Source of the DNA: a virus
Length of the DNA stretch: 64,000 bases
IMG/VR virus record: IMGVR_UViG_3300005529_000023
Location: 32,001-96,000 of that record
Reading direction: 5' to 3' (one strand)
This document shows positions 1 through 11,500 of this stretch, piece by piece. Below the pieces are notes generated by a model. The model ran no database searches. It worked only from the letters and a program-made list of their open reading frames with translations, and was not told the origin of the DNA. A program made the translations under genes and the position numbers. The first letter of the stretch is position 1, and each line of letters begins with the position of its first letter.

Positions 1-13
1 CGTAGACAGTAGA

Positions 14-664
14 ATGGCAGCCGTTAAGGGTTTTCATCCACTTGCTCAGAAGAGACCAAATTTTTTCATTGAAATGTGTACCGCACTGGGAACAGGGATC
101 ATCTCTGGTGGCCCAACTATCTCGTTCACCACAAATGATAGCGGACAAGAGGGTGCCCCGCTTGTCCCTGGAACTGGTGCGGGAGTTGGCATCGTGACCG
201 ATCCCTCTTTCTTCATTCAAGATGCGTATTCCAGAATTAGAGGGTTTATCCTGGCGGACTTTGGAAAAACAAGTCACCAAGCATACCCGCCAGATCACGA
301 CAACTCTGGAGCTTTCCTTCTTGCCCTGGTCACCGGGATCAACGATGCCTTCTTGGCTTACTACCCAACTGCGTGGACCTTGGTTTCCAATCATCCTCAA
401 ATTTACACGGGAACGGGAATGATCACCGATGGACAGTTCAGCGGACTGTCTTCTTCGGCTATTAAGTCGGCGATCATCTCTGGAGCACCAGATCTAAGAG
501 GTAGATTTTGGCCAAGGCTCGCACAAGGTGTCGCAGAGAGTTATGTTGCTCTCATTCAACAGCATTCTACTGGACAAGTAACTATCACGGGTACTTGCGT
601 TCCAGGCCCTTCGCAGGTTTGCGGTATCGGCGGATCTGGCAACGGCTCTGGAACAGCTACATAG
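14..664 (+). CDS. Putative virion structural protein (Gly/Ser/Thr-rich), unknown function
   Basis: 216-aa ORF co-oriented with the baseplate genes, with similar low-charge composition; no family motif recognised. Confidence 0.45.
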   Translation: MAAVKGFHPLAQKRPNFFIEMCTALGTGIISGGPTISFTTNDSGQEGAPLVPGTGAGVGIVTDPSFFIQDAYSRIRGFILADFGKTSHQAYPPDHDNSGAFLLALVTGINDAFLAYYPTAWTLVSNHPQIYTGTGMITDGQFSGLSSSAIKSAIISGAPDLRGRFWPRLAQGVAESYVALIQQHSTGQVTITGTCVPGPSQVCGIGGSGNGSGTAT

Positions 665-671
665 GAGTTTT

Positions 672-1205
672 ATGTCACTAAAAGAAATGGCACTTGCAAT
701 GTATCCATATTGGTTGCTTGGGATCTTCATGATCTGGGCTACTGCTAAGTCCAAGTACAAAGAGTACATCAGGGTTGACAAAGAAGGTCTCACTCGTTGG
801 GCGCGCTTTCTCTTTATCATCTCTATTTATCGTATGATCCTATTTAAGCTATTTCCAACTGTGTTCTCTGGGGCAGCTCATAACATAGCCCTTATTCCTT
901 GGCCGCTCACCTTGACGGTTTTTTGGGAAGATGCTTGTCACGGCCTTCCTTTGTTATTGCTTAAAAAGGCAATCGGCCTCAAGAAGTGGGCTAAGCCCGT
1001 ACTTCGTATGATCACTCTCATGATGATGGTAGAGTTCGGGATGGGACATGTATATCAGGGTATAATTCCAGCTGTTATGCTTAGCTTCTATGTGCCTTAT
1101 TCAGTTAAACTAGGAGAGAAGTGGGGTTTTGGAACAGTGATGCTAGGTCATATGCTTTTCGATCTCACCACCATTCTTTCGGTGAAATTTCTTCTAGGTG
1201 GATAA
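672..1205 (+). CDS. CPBP (CAAX protease/Abi) family intramembrane glutamic endopeptidase
   Basis: Multi-TM protein with the three CPBP motifs in order: VFWEDACHG (EExxxR-like), FGMGHVYQG (FxxxH), GHMLFD (HxxxN/D). AGGAG RBS upstream. Confidence 0.75.
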   Translation: MSLKEMALAMYPYWLLGIFMIWATAKSKYKEYIRVDKEGLTRWARFLFIISIYRMILFKLFPTVFSGAAHNIALIPWPLTLTVFWEDACHGLPLLLLKKAIGLKKWAKPVLRMITLMMMVEFGMGHVYQGIIPAVMLSFYVPYSVKLGEKWGFGTVMLGHMLFDLTTILSVKFLLGG

Positions 1206-1465
1206 TGTCCAAGAAAAGCCCGTTTGTGGGATACTCTGAAGATGAAGTACTCTCTATCGAGGCCGTGACTTACGTCATAGTGGTTGGTTCAAATTTCTAT
1301 ATCAAGGATGGAAATTTCGTTTTTACCAAAAAGAGCGCTGCTTATCACTACAACAAGATCCTGAGAGAACTTGTGGGGCAGTTAGTTAATGGTGACGACG
1401 ATGAGAAAAAGAACGCGAGAAGAGTCCTAAACAACTTTAGGATCGAGCCTCTTAGGCTTCACTAG
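1205..1465 (+). CDS. Hypothetical protein (86 aa, MSKKSPF...)
   Basis: TAATG overlap with the upstream stop gives the likely start at 1205 inside track ORF 1121..1465. Confidence 0.55.
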   Translation: MSKKSPFVGYSEDEVLSIEAVTYVIVVGSNFYIKDGNFVFTKKSAAYHYNKILRELVGQLVNGDDDEKKNARRVLNNFRIEPLRLH

Positions 1466-1814
1466 GATCTACGACGATCATTTTGGCGTGGGTCATAGCT
1501 AGGTAGTATTGAAGGATATACCTGTTCTTGTCGTGAAGCTGTCCCGTCTCTTTGTATAGACCTAGGATAATTCCTACGGCTTCATGAAGATCTGGAATGA
1601 AACACTGCTCTCTTGGATGCTGTTTATTTTCGCATCGTACCCTACCTTTATTGTGTTCTGAATAGACTACGTCAGCTTCTCTGTGAAGCTGGTCATTGTC
1701 GAGGTATTCAAGATACAGAATGTAATTGTCTAGGGCATCCCAGCCTCTTTCTTCGTTTTTTAGAAGATGGGATCTAACGTATGTAACCAGTTCTTTTTCT
1801 TCGTGATCCATCAT
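1452..1814 (-). CDS. Hypothetical protein (MMDHEEKEL...)
   Basis: ATGA overlap with the stop of the upstream peptidase gene at 1811-1814. Confidence 0.55.
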   Translation of the reverse strand: MMDHEEKELVTYVRSHLLKNEERGWDALDNYILYLEYLDNDQLHREADVVYSEHNKGRVRCENKQHPREQCFIPDLHEAVGIILGLYKETGQLHDKNRYILQYYLAMTHAKMIVVDPSEA

Positions 1815-2263
1815 GGCTTGATTAGTTCCCTGCAGGGTAGTTCGTACACAAAGAAGTTTTTCATCCCATGTGCATAGACTTCCGCTGCCAGTTCGTTCCA
1901 AGTTTGAAGGGTGTTTTCAGGGTTCACAAGTTTGATTCTTCCTTCATGATCTGTAAAAGCCGTGACGACATGCCCAACATTTTGTCCGGTCTGTGTGTAC
2001 AAGAGGATTAGAAACTTTCCCAGCAGGAGCTTTGATTCAATATCCCCAAGACTCCTTGGCTTAACGTGTTTGGCAGGTATTTTCAATTTCTTGAGTAAAA
2101 AGGAAAATTGAAATACGTACAAACCGTGATTCCCGTATCCGCACTCTCGTGCCGCTTTTTCTACTTCTTTATAGGTCTTCTTGAGGTTGCACCAAGAAGC
2201 GGCGTTGTAGGCTGCGACGACTGCACAGTCTGTCTGAGTCTTGTTTTTCTTAAGGATTTTCAC
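1811..2263 (-). CDS. Papain-fold C39-like cysteine peptidase
   Basis: Q-T-D-C(AVVAAYNA) catalytic Cys motif, GHVVTA His and LVNP Asn in C39-like order. GTG at 2263 lies 7 nt from a canonical -10. Confidence 0.6.
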   Translation of the reverse strand: MKILKKNKTQTDCAVVAAYNAASWCNLKKTYKEVEKAARECGYGNHGLYVFQFSFLLKKLKIPAKHVKPRSLGDIESKLLLGKFLILLYTQTGQNVGHVVTAFTDHEGRIKLVNPENTLQTWNELAAEVYAHGMKNFFVYELPCRELIKP

Positions 2264-2269
2264 TATTCT

Positions 2270-2298
2270 AGAATAGCGAAATAAGGAAAATAAGTCAA
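2270..2298 (-). promoter_or_regulatory. Sigma70-type promoter TTGACT-N17-TATTCT, overlapped by the perfect 14-bp palindrome CTATTCTAGAATAG (2263-2276)
   Basis: Read directly from the minus strand; predicted +1 coincides with the GTG start at 2263. Confidence 0.6.
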
Positions 2299-2850
2299 TT
2301 ACCAAGGATCGCAGCGATTGAACATTTCAGAAACGTATTCGCTGTAATGGGTTGCGACACAATCGTCATCGACCAGAACTGGATACATGAGACTCACCGG
2401 ACATCCGTCGTCCCAATATCCCGGCCTTGGACCGCCGTTGAGAGTCCATTGAACGGCCTGCGTGATCCTATCGGCCTCTTTCTCGGGATACATAGCTCCC
2501 TCGCCGTAATCATGGGCGCGCCCGCAATAGCAGTGGGTAAGTTCGTGAAAGACAAGGGTGTATTTGCTTCTCTCGGTGGCGTGACTCCAGAAGTCTTGGT
2601 CTATATCGACTTCTCTGAAGAAACCTCCATTAATACAAAGACCTATAGTGTCACCTTGATCGATTTTCTTGAATCCTAAAGTTACTTTCTTGTCAAAATG
2701 TATGTGATTATAATTACTTAGCCACAGATATTCTTCTACGTACTTAGAGGCGCGAGGATCTACGTCCTTATACTCTGGGTGGAGTCCTGGCTGACCACAA
2801 GATAAGGAAACTAGTAAAATAGCGATAATACCGAGAAAAGACCTTCTCAT
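2299..2850 (-). CDS. Lipoprotein zinc metallopeptidase (metzincin-like)
   Basis: Signal peptide with lipobox (MRRSFLGIIAILLVSLS-C), HELTHCYCGRAH zinc motif (HExxH plus third His) and SLMYP Met-turn. Confidence 0.75.
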   Translation of the reverse strand: MRRSFLGIIAILLVSLSCGQPGLHPEYKDVDPRASKYVEEYLWLSNYNHIHFDKKVTLGFKKIDQGDTIGLCINGGFFREVDIDQDFWSHATERSKYTLVFHELTHCYCGRAHDYGEGAMYPEKEADRITQAVQWTLNGGPRPGYWDDGCPVSLMYPVLVDDDCVATHYSEYVSEMFNRCDPW

Positions 2851-2859
2851 TTTCACTGA

Positions 2860-2872
2860 TATATCATAGCAA
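2860..2872 (-). promoter_or_regulatory. Extended -10-like element (TGcTATGAT / TGATATA motif)
   Basis: TTGCTATGATATA ends 9 nt before the ATG at 2850; no SD. Confidence 0.45.
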
Positions 2873-2880
2873 GTTAACCG

Positions 2881-2888
2881 CAATCTTA
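2881..2888 (+). promoter_or_regulatory. Candidate late promoter motif CAATCTTA
   Basis: Recurrent intergenic motif; ATG at 2894 follows with no SD. Confidence 0.5.
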
Positions 2889-2893
2889 CTAGT

Positions 2894-5512
2894 ATGGGCT
2901 TATTTGACAATCCATCCTCAATCGCTAGCGATGCCGCTAATCAGATCAAGAGCACAACCGATGGTTTGGTTGATAGCGCTCTAGGAGCCATTGGGCTGAA
3001 GCAAAAGAACTCCATCAAGGGTCAAGGCGGTGCTGCCCCTTGGTCGAACCTCAGTAGCCCATTCTTCAAGTACATCACGATTAAGCCTGATAAATGGGAT
3101 CAGCTATTCCCATATCGTTTACTTGTCGTAGATACTATCAAGAACGTGGTTGTGAACGGCACAACTACGACTAGCATCACCGTCACAGGTGGGAGCGACA
3201 ATGCGATCGTGAACTTCGAGCCTCTTGGCAGGCAGTGGATCTTCACTCTTCCCATTAGTCCTCAGCAATTGAGCATCACAGATCAGTATGCAATCAACAC
3301 CACAGCTACCCTTCGTGGCGTGCTGGAAGAGCACGGTGGCGTGAAGTTCAAGATGATTGCTGCAACCGGCACAATGGGTGTCTGGCCCTATCGTACTAGT
3401 GTAACCTCTCCTCCAAAGAGTCCTACGATCCTGCAATCGTTGTTTGGCGGCACTATCGAAGCCTTTGGAAATTTGGTTAACCAGGCACAGAAGGTCATCA
3501 ATACCGCCACTGGAAACCATCCTGCAAATAAACCTATTACAAAGCGTCCAGAGGTCTCCGATGCAGGCGCGAACAGTACTGGTTATTACCATGCCATGGC
3601 TCTACATCAGTTCTTGGAGCAGTACGCTGAGGCAAAGAAAGATCCTGCGAATGCCGGATGGCGCCTAGTCTTCGACATTCCAAAGCAGAACACTTCCTAT
3701 GTGGTCACTCCAGTTCAGTATATCTGGAACCAGAATGCGAATAAGCCAATGGAGATCATGTACTCCTTCCAGCTCAAGGCTTGGAGGCGTATTGATCTTC
3801 AGGAGAAGGTTTCTCCAACCGTTCCTTCTATTCAGCCCATCAGCCCAGGAATCCTACAAAGGATTATGAATACGATCAGTGCGGCTAGACAGACTACCAG
3901 CGCTGCGACTAGTTTGATTGGAGCAGTTCGTTCGGATGTCGAGACTCCTCTTGATGTTTTACGCCAAACTTCGCTTTTAGTGAAGGATTTGGCGGGTGTC
4001 GCTGTTACGGCGGCAGACTTGCCATTCCAGCTGCAGCGTGACTACGCAAGCTCTATCGCTGCTTCCATGGCTATTTTGGCTAGTTCGATTTCTAGCAGCA
4101 ACTCTGATCCTACAGACAGAGCAAATTTGAATGCGATTGTAGCAGCCCAAAATAAAAATGAAGGTCTTTCGCTGAGCAATGTGGCTGGCGGCCAGCTTGG
4201 AGTGTCTGCAGCGCAGGCTCAATCCGTAGATCCATCGAATAACATCTTCTCAAATCCAGCCAATAACTTCACTTTGATGGACTCCGTTCCCGTTACTAGC
4301 TTAACTCTCAATGCTGCCCAGCAAAATGCGGTAGATCAAGCGATTCAGGCCGCACGTTCTCTTACGGTGGACGATCTAAAGCAGTATAGGGCTACGATCC
4401 AAACTCTAGCACTTCAACTTTCCAATAGTTTCGGAACCGGAGCTGCTTTTTACAGCAAGGTTTACAATACACCAGCTCCAACTACCAGAATTCAGCCTAT
4501 CACTCTTGATGAGTACGATATTTTGAAGTCTTTGTATGACGTAATGCAATCCTATGACATTCTAACCGCTACTACTCAGGTCGATGATGCTAATAAGCAG
4601 ACCAATATGGAATATGTAGCTGGTCTAGCGGACGCTTCTGGTATTCAGTTCAGCATTCCAAACAGTAAAGTTCTAGCCCCAGTTCCTTTTGGACTTTCAA
4701 TTGAGGGTATAGCACTTCGCTATTTAGGTGACGCTCAGCGTTGGCTTGAGATTGCCACCTTGAACAACCTCAGAGATCCGTACATTGATGAGGATGGGTT
4801 CCAGCTAACCTTGCTATCCAATGCATCTGGTCGCCAAATTACGATTTCAGACATCACAAATCTGTACATTGGTCAGCGTGTTCTTCTCGAAAGTAGCACT
4901 CAGGTTCCATCTGCTAGAGTAATTCTTGGTATCGACCGTCTTTCGGATACCAGCTTCCTCATTACTTTGGATGGCGCTCCAAATCTAGATAATTTTGTCA
5001 CCGCCGATGGCGCTTATCTTCAGGCTTATCTTCCGGGAACGGTGAACAGCCAACAGAAAATCTTCATTCCAAGTGATCAGGCAGTTCCAAATGATCCGAA
5101 CATTGTAGTTCCTTCTTCAACTTCCAACGATCCTCTTACCGGGCTCAGCAAAGTTGACTGGCTTTTGACCGATTCTGGCGATTTGGCCGTAAATAGCTTC
5201 GGAGACTTCCGTTACTCCAGTGGAATTACCAATATTATTCAAGCTTTAAAGCTAAAAGTAGGTACTCAGAAGGGTACAATACTGACCCACCCTGAATTTG
5301 GTCTCGGAATTCGTTCAGGGATCATGAATTCTGATTTTTCAGTCCAGGATTTGTACAATTCCATCACTAAATTGCTCGAAGAAGATCCAAGATTTCAAGG
5401 ACTTGACACTTTGCAGGTCAGTTTGAATGGTCCTACTTTGAATATCAACATGGGCGTCATTCTTGCGGGCCAACAGGGCGTATTTCCTGTAAATTTCAAT
5501 CTCACGACCTGA
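2894..5512 (+). CDS. Fused baseplate protein: tube-initiator/hub-like N-terminus + LysM/GpX(gp53)-like domain + gp25-like C-terminus
   Basis: N-terminal LPISPQQLSI..TLRGVLEEHGG..TGTMG..YSFQLK pattern; SIEGIALRYLGDAQRWLEIATLNNL (LysM/GpX-like); QALKLKVGTQKGTILTHPEFGLG..EDPR (gp25-like). Directly upstream of baseplate J. Confidence 0.65.
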   Translation: MGLFDNPSSIASDAANQIKSTTDGLVDSALGAIGLKQKNSIKGQGGAAPWSNLSSPFFKYITIKPDKWDQLFPYRLLVVDTIKNVVVNGTTTTSITVTGGSDNAIVNFEPLGRQWIFTLPISPQQLSITDQYAINTTATLRGVLEEHGGVKFKMIAATGTMGVWPYRTSVTSPPKSPTILQSLFGGTIEAFGNLVNQAQKVINTATGNHPANKPITKRPEVSDAGANSTGYYHAMALHQFLEQYAEAKKDPANAGWRLVFDIPKQNTSYVVTPVQYIWNQNANKPMEIMYSFQLKAWRRIDLQEKVSPTVPSIQPISPGILQRIMNTISAARQTTSAATSLIGAVRSDVETPLDVLRQTSLLVKDLAGVAVTAADLPFQLQRDYASSIAASMAILASSISSSNSDPTDRANLNAIVAAQNKNEGLSLSNVAGGQLGVSAAQAQSVDPSNNIFSNPANNFTLMDSVPVTSLTLNAAQQNAVDQAIQAARSLTVDDLKQYRATIQTLALQLSNSFGTGAAFYSKVYNTPAPTTRIQPITLDEYDILKSLYDVMQSYDILTATTQVDDANKQTNMEYVAGLADASGIQFSIPNSKVLAPVPFGLSIEGIALRYLGDAQRWLEIATLNNLRDPYIDEDGFQLTLLSNASGRQITISDITNLYIGQRVLLESSTQVPSARVILGIDRLSDTSFLITLDGAPNLDNFVTADGAYLQAYLPGTVNSQQKIFIPSDQAVPNDPNIVVPSSTSNDPLTGLSKVDWLLTDSGDLAVNSFGDFRYSSGITNIIQALKLKVGTQKGTILTHPEFGLGIRSGIMNSDFSVQDLYNSITKLLEEDPRFQGLDTLQVSLNGPTLNINMGVILAGQQGVFPVNFNLTT

Positions 5513-5530
5513 TATAGCTAGTCAGATGCC

Positions 5531-5546
5531 GAGAACCCAATCTTTA
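5531..5546 (+). promoter_or_regulatory. Candidate late promoter GAGAACCCAATCTTTA
   Basis: 15/16 identical to 17537-17552; intergenic, upstream of the baseplate J gene. Confidence 0.6.
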
Positions 5547-5564
5547 ATGGGTAACGGAGTTTAG

Positions 5565-8500
5565 ATGGCTAACAACAATATCGTCACAAGCGGGCTACCT
5601 ACCCCTGAAAGTTACGAACAGCTTTTGTCGGATATGCTTTCTGCATATGCTGCAAAGCAGGGTATTAACGATTTCAACGTAGGATCTGCAGTTACGAGCT
5701 TCTTTGAAGTCGTAGCGCTAGTTACCGCTCGTACATCTGGAGATTTGTTCCAGATCCTTAGAGATTTTTCTGTCGATCGCGCTACCGGCGATGCTTTGAA
5801 GCGTCTAGCTGCTGAAAACAACGTAACTCCAATCTCCGCTCGCCCAACCACGGGACTTGTAAGCGTAATTGATGACTCTTTTACCAAGATTTTCACCAAG
5901 ATCTATGCTGGAGCCAATCCTCCAAACGTAGGATCTACTCAGATCAAGGTCAGTGATGCCTCGGCGTTTACTCCTACAGGCAACGTCTACCTTGGCCGTG
6001 GCACTCCAAACGTAGAAGGTCCAATTCCTTATACTTCTGTCGCTCAGAGCGGCGCCTTTTGGGTGATCAATCTTTCGAGCCCAACGACAAAGTTTCACAA
6101 TCTCGGTGAAACGGTTATTCTTGCTCAGGGCGGAAACCGTTCAATCGGTACAAACAACATTGTCATCTCTCCCGGTGTAGGTTCCAGCGCTGACATTCAG
6201 TATAGCGTCACTTCTACTGCGGTAATCCTAGACGGTGAAACCGAAGTCGATAACGTAGAAGTTACCGCAGTCCTACCGGGCTCAGCTGGCAACGTTCCAT
6301 CTGGCGCAATCAAGCAGTTCGCCTCTGCTCCATTTTCGGGAGCTACGGTTACCAACCCTCTTCCATTTGATACTGGCGCAGACAGCGAGACTGACGACCA
6401 GCTTCGTGTTCGCATCAAGCGCGCTCTAGCATCTATCGGTCTTGGAACCGCAACTGCCGTCAAAGCCGCACTTATTGGTGCTACGCCTTCGGATGAAAAT
6501 GCTACCATCGTTAGCGATTCTATCGTCCAAAATACTGATGGCTCTGCTACAGTCTACATTGATACCGGCAATGGCTATGAAGCTAAGTCTTCTGGCGTTG
6601 GTCTGGAATCTATCGTAGACAGCGCTCTAGGTGGAGAAGACTTCTTCCAGCTTCAGACAGGCGGACGCCAAGCTCCAGTTGCTAAAGCATTCCTACAGTC
6701 CACATTGGCCGCCCCGTTCGATCTTATCGGTGGAGATACTCTAGCTGTAGTCGTAGGTGGAGTCACTTATCAGCACGTCTTTGCAACCTCGGATTTCCTA
6801 AGTCCAGGCGGAGCAACGGCGTTCGAAGTAACTGCTTCGATCAATGCCGACACTACTCTTGGATTTGAAGCGACAACCGCTGGCGGAGGCATCTACGTTG
6901 TTCTCCGTGCAAAGGCTGAAACCAACGATAATATCCATACAGCTGTTCCAACTACCAATGGTCGAGACGCATCGGTTCAGATGGGCATGCCATCCAACAC
7001 TATCGAAACACTTCGTTTGTACAAAAACGGTGTTCCTCTAAGTAAGGATGGGGCGACAGCTACGATCTTCAGCCAAGAACAATCGTTTTGGTCTTCTACT
7101 ATTGCGAACGGCGACGACATCATCCTATCGGTTGATGGAACAGCGCCAATTACCTATACAATTCTAGACACGGATTTCATTGCCACTGGACTATACACCA
7201 GCGTTGCTCCAACCAACTCTTTGGCTTCGTGGGTACAAGTACTTAATGCCAAACTTACCGGCGTTACGGTATCTATTGTAGGAACACAGCTTGAGATCAC
7301 AAGCAACTTGGGCGCAAGCAATCGCGCCGCTGTAAGTATTGATCCATCGTCTACTTTGGTTAGCAAGGGAATGTTTAGCTCTACCCTTGGTTTATCTTCT
7401 CAGGGTAAAGCTTCCGACTTCACGCTGGATAGAAACACTGCACAGTTCGAACTCGACACTCCTTTGGCGGCAGGCGATAAGCTTCAGGCTGGTAGCTTGA
7501 ATACGCAGGCTACAGTGGAAAGCACTCAGATTTCCGGTGGAAGTATTACTTTCGCTGCAGACGCCCATGTTTGGCTACTGATCGACAATCCAGGAACGGT
7601 TATCGCAACTGGCGTTGCTGGAAATACTACCCTGAGCGTTTCTAAGCCATCCTCAAACGTTATCCGTTATACTTCGAACATTTCGAACGCTTTTGCGAAT
7701 GTTGTTCCAGGTGATTACGTTATCATCTGGTCAGCAGAGCTAGATCCAACGGATCGAATCGAAGGACGTGTCAATGCCGTTGCACCAACTACGCTAGACG
7801 TTCTAGTTACACCAACAGAATGGGCAGCAGCTGCAACGACTATCTCACCAGTTACATTCTTTGATGGTTTCGTAATTCTAAGAAGTAAACTATCTCCACA
7901 AAAATTCAGAGTTCAGGCCGGAACTAAGAGCCTAGATCAAATCGCTCAAGAACTTCAAAATCAAACAGAAAGTTTGGCCTTCACTGTACTCCAGGGACAG
8001 TTCCTCGTCGTAAGTTCCACTACGATGGATTCCTCTGGAAATATATTGGTTGTTACCGCAGATGCTCAAGGAAAGCTGATGGGGTTGCCAATCAATACTT
8101 CGGATGCAAGCAAGGACTCGTTGATTGCATTCTACGATAGCGGGGACTTTGAAGCGGATTTCCCTCTATTCTTCCATTCCCCATTCGCTTCGGGTGTATC
8201 TGCTAACCCAATCGATAGTTTCATCACTTCGGTTCAATCGGCAAACTCATTCTCTAGCGATCCAAATGCTTTGATTTCGATCTTGCATCCTTATGGATCG
8301 GTTGGAGATGCACAGCCATACGGCGAAGATACGCAGATGACTTCTCTTTCTGGAACCACAATGGGTATTGTGGCCCAACCAGATATTCGTCGCTTGCGCT
8401 CTGTTGACCGTTTCTATTTAGCTAATCCTCTAGACTTCGGCCATCAGGATACAGCTGTCGTAGTTTTGGATGGTGATTCAAGCGGTAAGAGTTTTGAAAT

Positions 8501-11500
8501 TCCCTTCTATCGTAGAGGTATTGCAAACACTTCTTTTGCTTCGAACCCATACAATTTCAACGCTTATGACGTTGACTCTGGCGCTACTGCAAATTTCGTA
8601 TCTGCATTTGGTGCCGGTTTTAACTTCGCAAACTACAAAGTTTTGATGCAAGCCAAGAAGGTATTGAAGCCAACTCCTGCCCAGACAGCAATTCTCTATA
8701 GAGCTACAATGTGGGGCAGAAGCGGCGAAAAGATCAACGTCGGTTACGTGTATCCTTCCGTGCCAAACGCGCCTATCGGAAGCACTGTAGTTGTGGGATC
8801 TTCTGTTCCAATCAGAATCAACTTGCAGTCTGGTGCTCTAGCATCGACTTCTATCGATGCTTCTACGCAATGGAACGTGACTATTACAGCAAACACTCCT
8901 CTAGCTGGTATCGATCAAGTCACTTATACTTGGACTGGAACTGGGACTAACCCAGCGTTGAGCCTATCTGGTGGCGAGTACGTCAACATTTTACCTTCTT
9001 CTGGATTTAGCCTAGCAAACACGGGCATCTTTAGAGTTTCTACGCAGGGTGGCTTTACCCCAACCGCTACTTCGTTCAGCGTCCAGAGAAAGACTGGTTT
9101 TGCAGTTGCTGAATCCAACAAACTAACTGGCGTAAATAACGCCATTACCTTCTATCAGCCTTTGGCGACAACGGCTGCCGCAGTCGCCGCTTATGTTGCT
9201 GCAAACCTTACTCAGTATGTTTCTGCGACCCTTGTAAACGATAGTGGCAGTTCCGGCAGTGGCGTTATCGGCTTGAGCACTTTCGAAGATAGTGGCTTCA
9301 CTTTCGATAGCGTTCAACTTCTGGACGGCATCAATTGGATCGCTTCGAGCAATCTCAGTGGCTCACCTCAGTTCGTATTCAAGTCTCCCCTATCGCTCCC
9401 AACGGATGTAGGGTATGCTTTCAATAACGGCGAAGAAGTACGCTTGATCCCAACCACGATGGAACAGGTTCAAGCACTAATCTCTGTTTTAGCAGTAAGT
9501 GGATTCACTACGGTTGGCAATGCCTTCGTGGTTGATCGTGCTAAGAGGCTCGAACTGGCCACCAGTGTTCTAGGTTCCAGCGGCGCAATTCAGATCATTG
9601 GTGGTCTCGCCAACGAATATCAAGTTCCTATCCTCGACTCTGCATCCCGTTTCGATAACACCTATATGTCGGTGTCAGTTGATTCCGTGTCGTCTCAGGG
9701 CGTACACAGCGATCAGTGGTTCCGTCTACAGGCTACACAGATCCAGAACAAAATTGCAGGCTTGTCTTCGAATTCCAGCGTAACCGCCGTTGGTAGTTCG
9801 CCAATCGGCGGAGAGTCTACTATTACTCTTCTCGGACGCACCTTGACTCAGCGCTACTTCGGTAAGCCAAGGCACAGTGTGAGAGTTCGTGGCGACACCT
9901 TCCGTGTTGAAAAGCAAGGAAGTTTAGTTTGCATTAGCTGGAATGGACAAGGTACCAACCCTACCTTCGTAAAGAATCCATTGAATTTCAACGACGGCGG
10001 CGGAGGCACGCTCAACGTTGCCTTGGTTCCTAGTACGAGCGAAGCCCAATATGTTATCTTGACTGGGAACACTAACTTCACCGAACTTTCCATCGGTGAC
10101 TTAGTAACGGTAGCTGGCTTACCTGTCTCTGGCAATAATGGTACCTTCCTAGTTACTGGTGTATCGGATGATGGTAAAACCATTCAGGTTCTAAATCCAA
10201 ATGCTCAGAATGAATTCTCAAGCGGTACTTATACTCTTGTCACAAACTCTTCACCAGGCGATACCTTCACTGTCGGAGGTCATGCTTTGGTTGCGGGTAC
10301 AGATTTCACTATCGGTGGATCTGCAAACATTACAGCTTCCAACTTAGCAGCTACTATTGCAACGATCTCGCAGGTTGCTGCATCGGCAAACAACAATGTT
10401 GTTACGGTCAAGGGTACTTTCGTAGGACAGTCCCTTTCTCTCGCCTATAGCGGTACTGGAACGGTCACTTTAAGCGGTTCTTCGATCGTAGGAGATTCCT
10501 TTGTGGCCGGCAACTTCTCGGCTTCTAGCGGTGTTTCTGAAGGCGATACGGTCATAATGACTGCTCCTTTCTCTATCTTGAATCAAGGACGTTTCAGGGT
10601 CATTCGTCAGAATAGTAACAGTATTTGGATCGAGAATCCAAACGCTGTCGAAGAAGAAGTGGCCCTAGTTTCTAACTTGATTAGCCTAGGCTTTGATTCA
10701 ACGACTTCTTTCCAGGTCAACGCTACAAACCATAGCTTCTATCTAAGATGGACAGGCGTTGGAACAGAGCCCCACCTTGAAAACGCCAACATGGGCGATG
10801 TGCTTCGTGTAGGCACTGATTTCAATGCTTCCAACCGTGGCGACTTCATGGTTCTACGTTCTGGCGTAAAGTTACAGCAGATTTCGCAACTCACAGTTCC
10901 AACGGGCGCACAGTTCGTTCTAAGCGGAGCTGGTAAGTACTTTACCGTCTATAACGCTGGTAATATCAACGGTTACTATGTTTGGTACAACGTAAACGGA
11001 TCGAACTCGGACCCTGCTCCTGGCGGTGGATTGACTGGCGTACAAGTCGCAATCCTAAGCGGTGATAGCGCAGTAAGCGTTGCAGCTAAGACGGCCACAG
11101 CCATCACTGGCGGGACAGTCGGATTGACGGCTTCGGCAGCTAACGGCATTGTTACAGTTACGACTACCGGCTTTGTTGAAACAAACGATCCAGCCAATGT
11201 CAACGTTCCTGCTCCATTTGCAGTTCTGGTAACTCAAGAAGGTCGTCGTACATTCCTAGAATGTATCAGCCCAAGTGCAGTGAACGAATCGTCTGTTTTG
11301 GTTACTGGCGGTGTCCTAGAGTGTAATCGTCCTCAAATGCTCTTCTCTGAATATGAAGCAGCTGTTCCAGGCGATCTATTCTTGGTCGCAGGATCTGTCC
11401 TTGGCCCAACAAACGCCGGATCTTATGCAATCAAGCAGGTTCTAAGTCGCGACAGCGCTATTGTTACTGGAACTCTATCCAGCATAACAAATGTCAGTTT

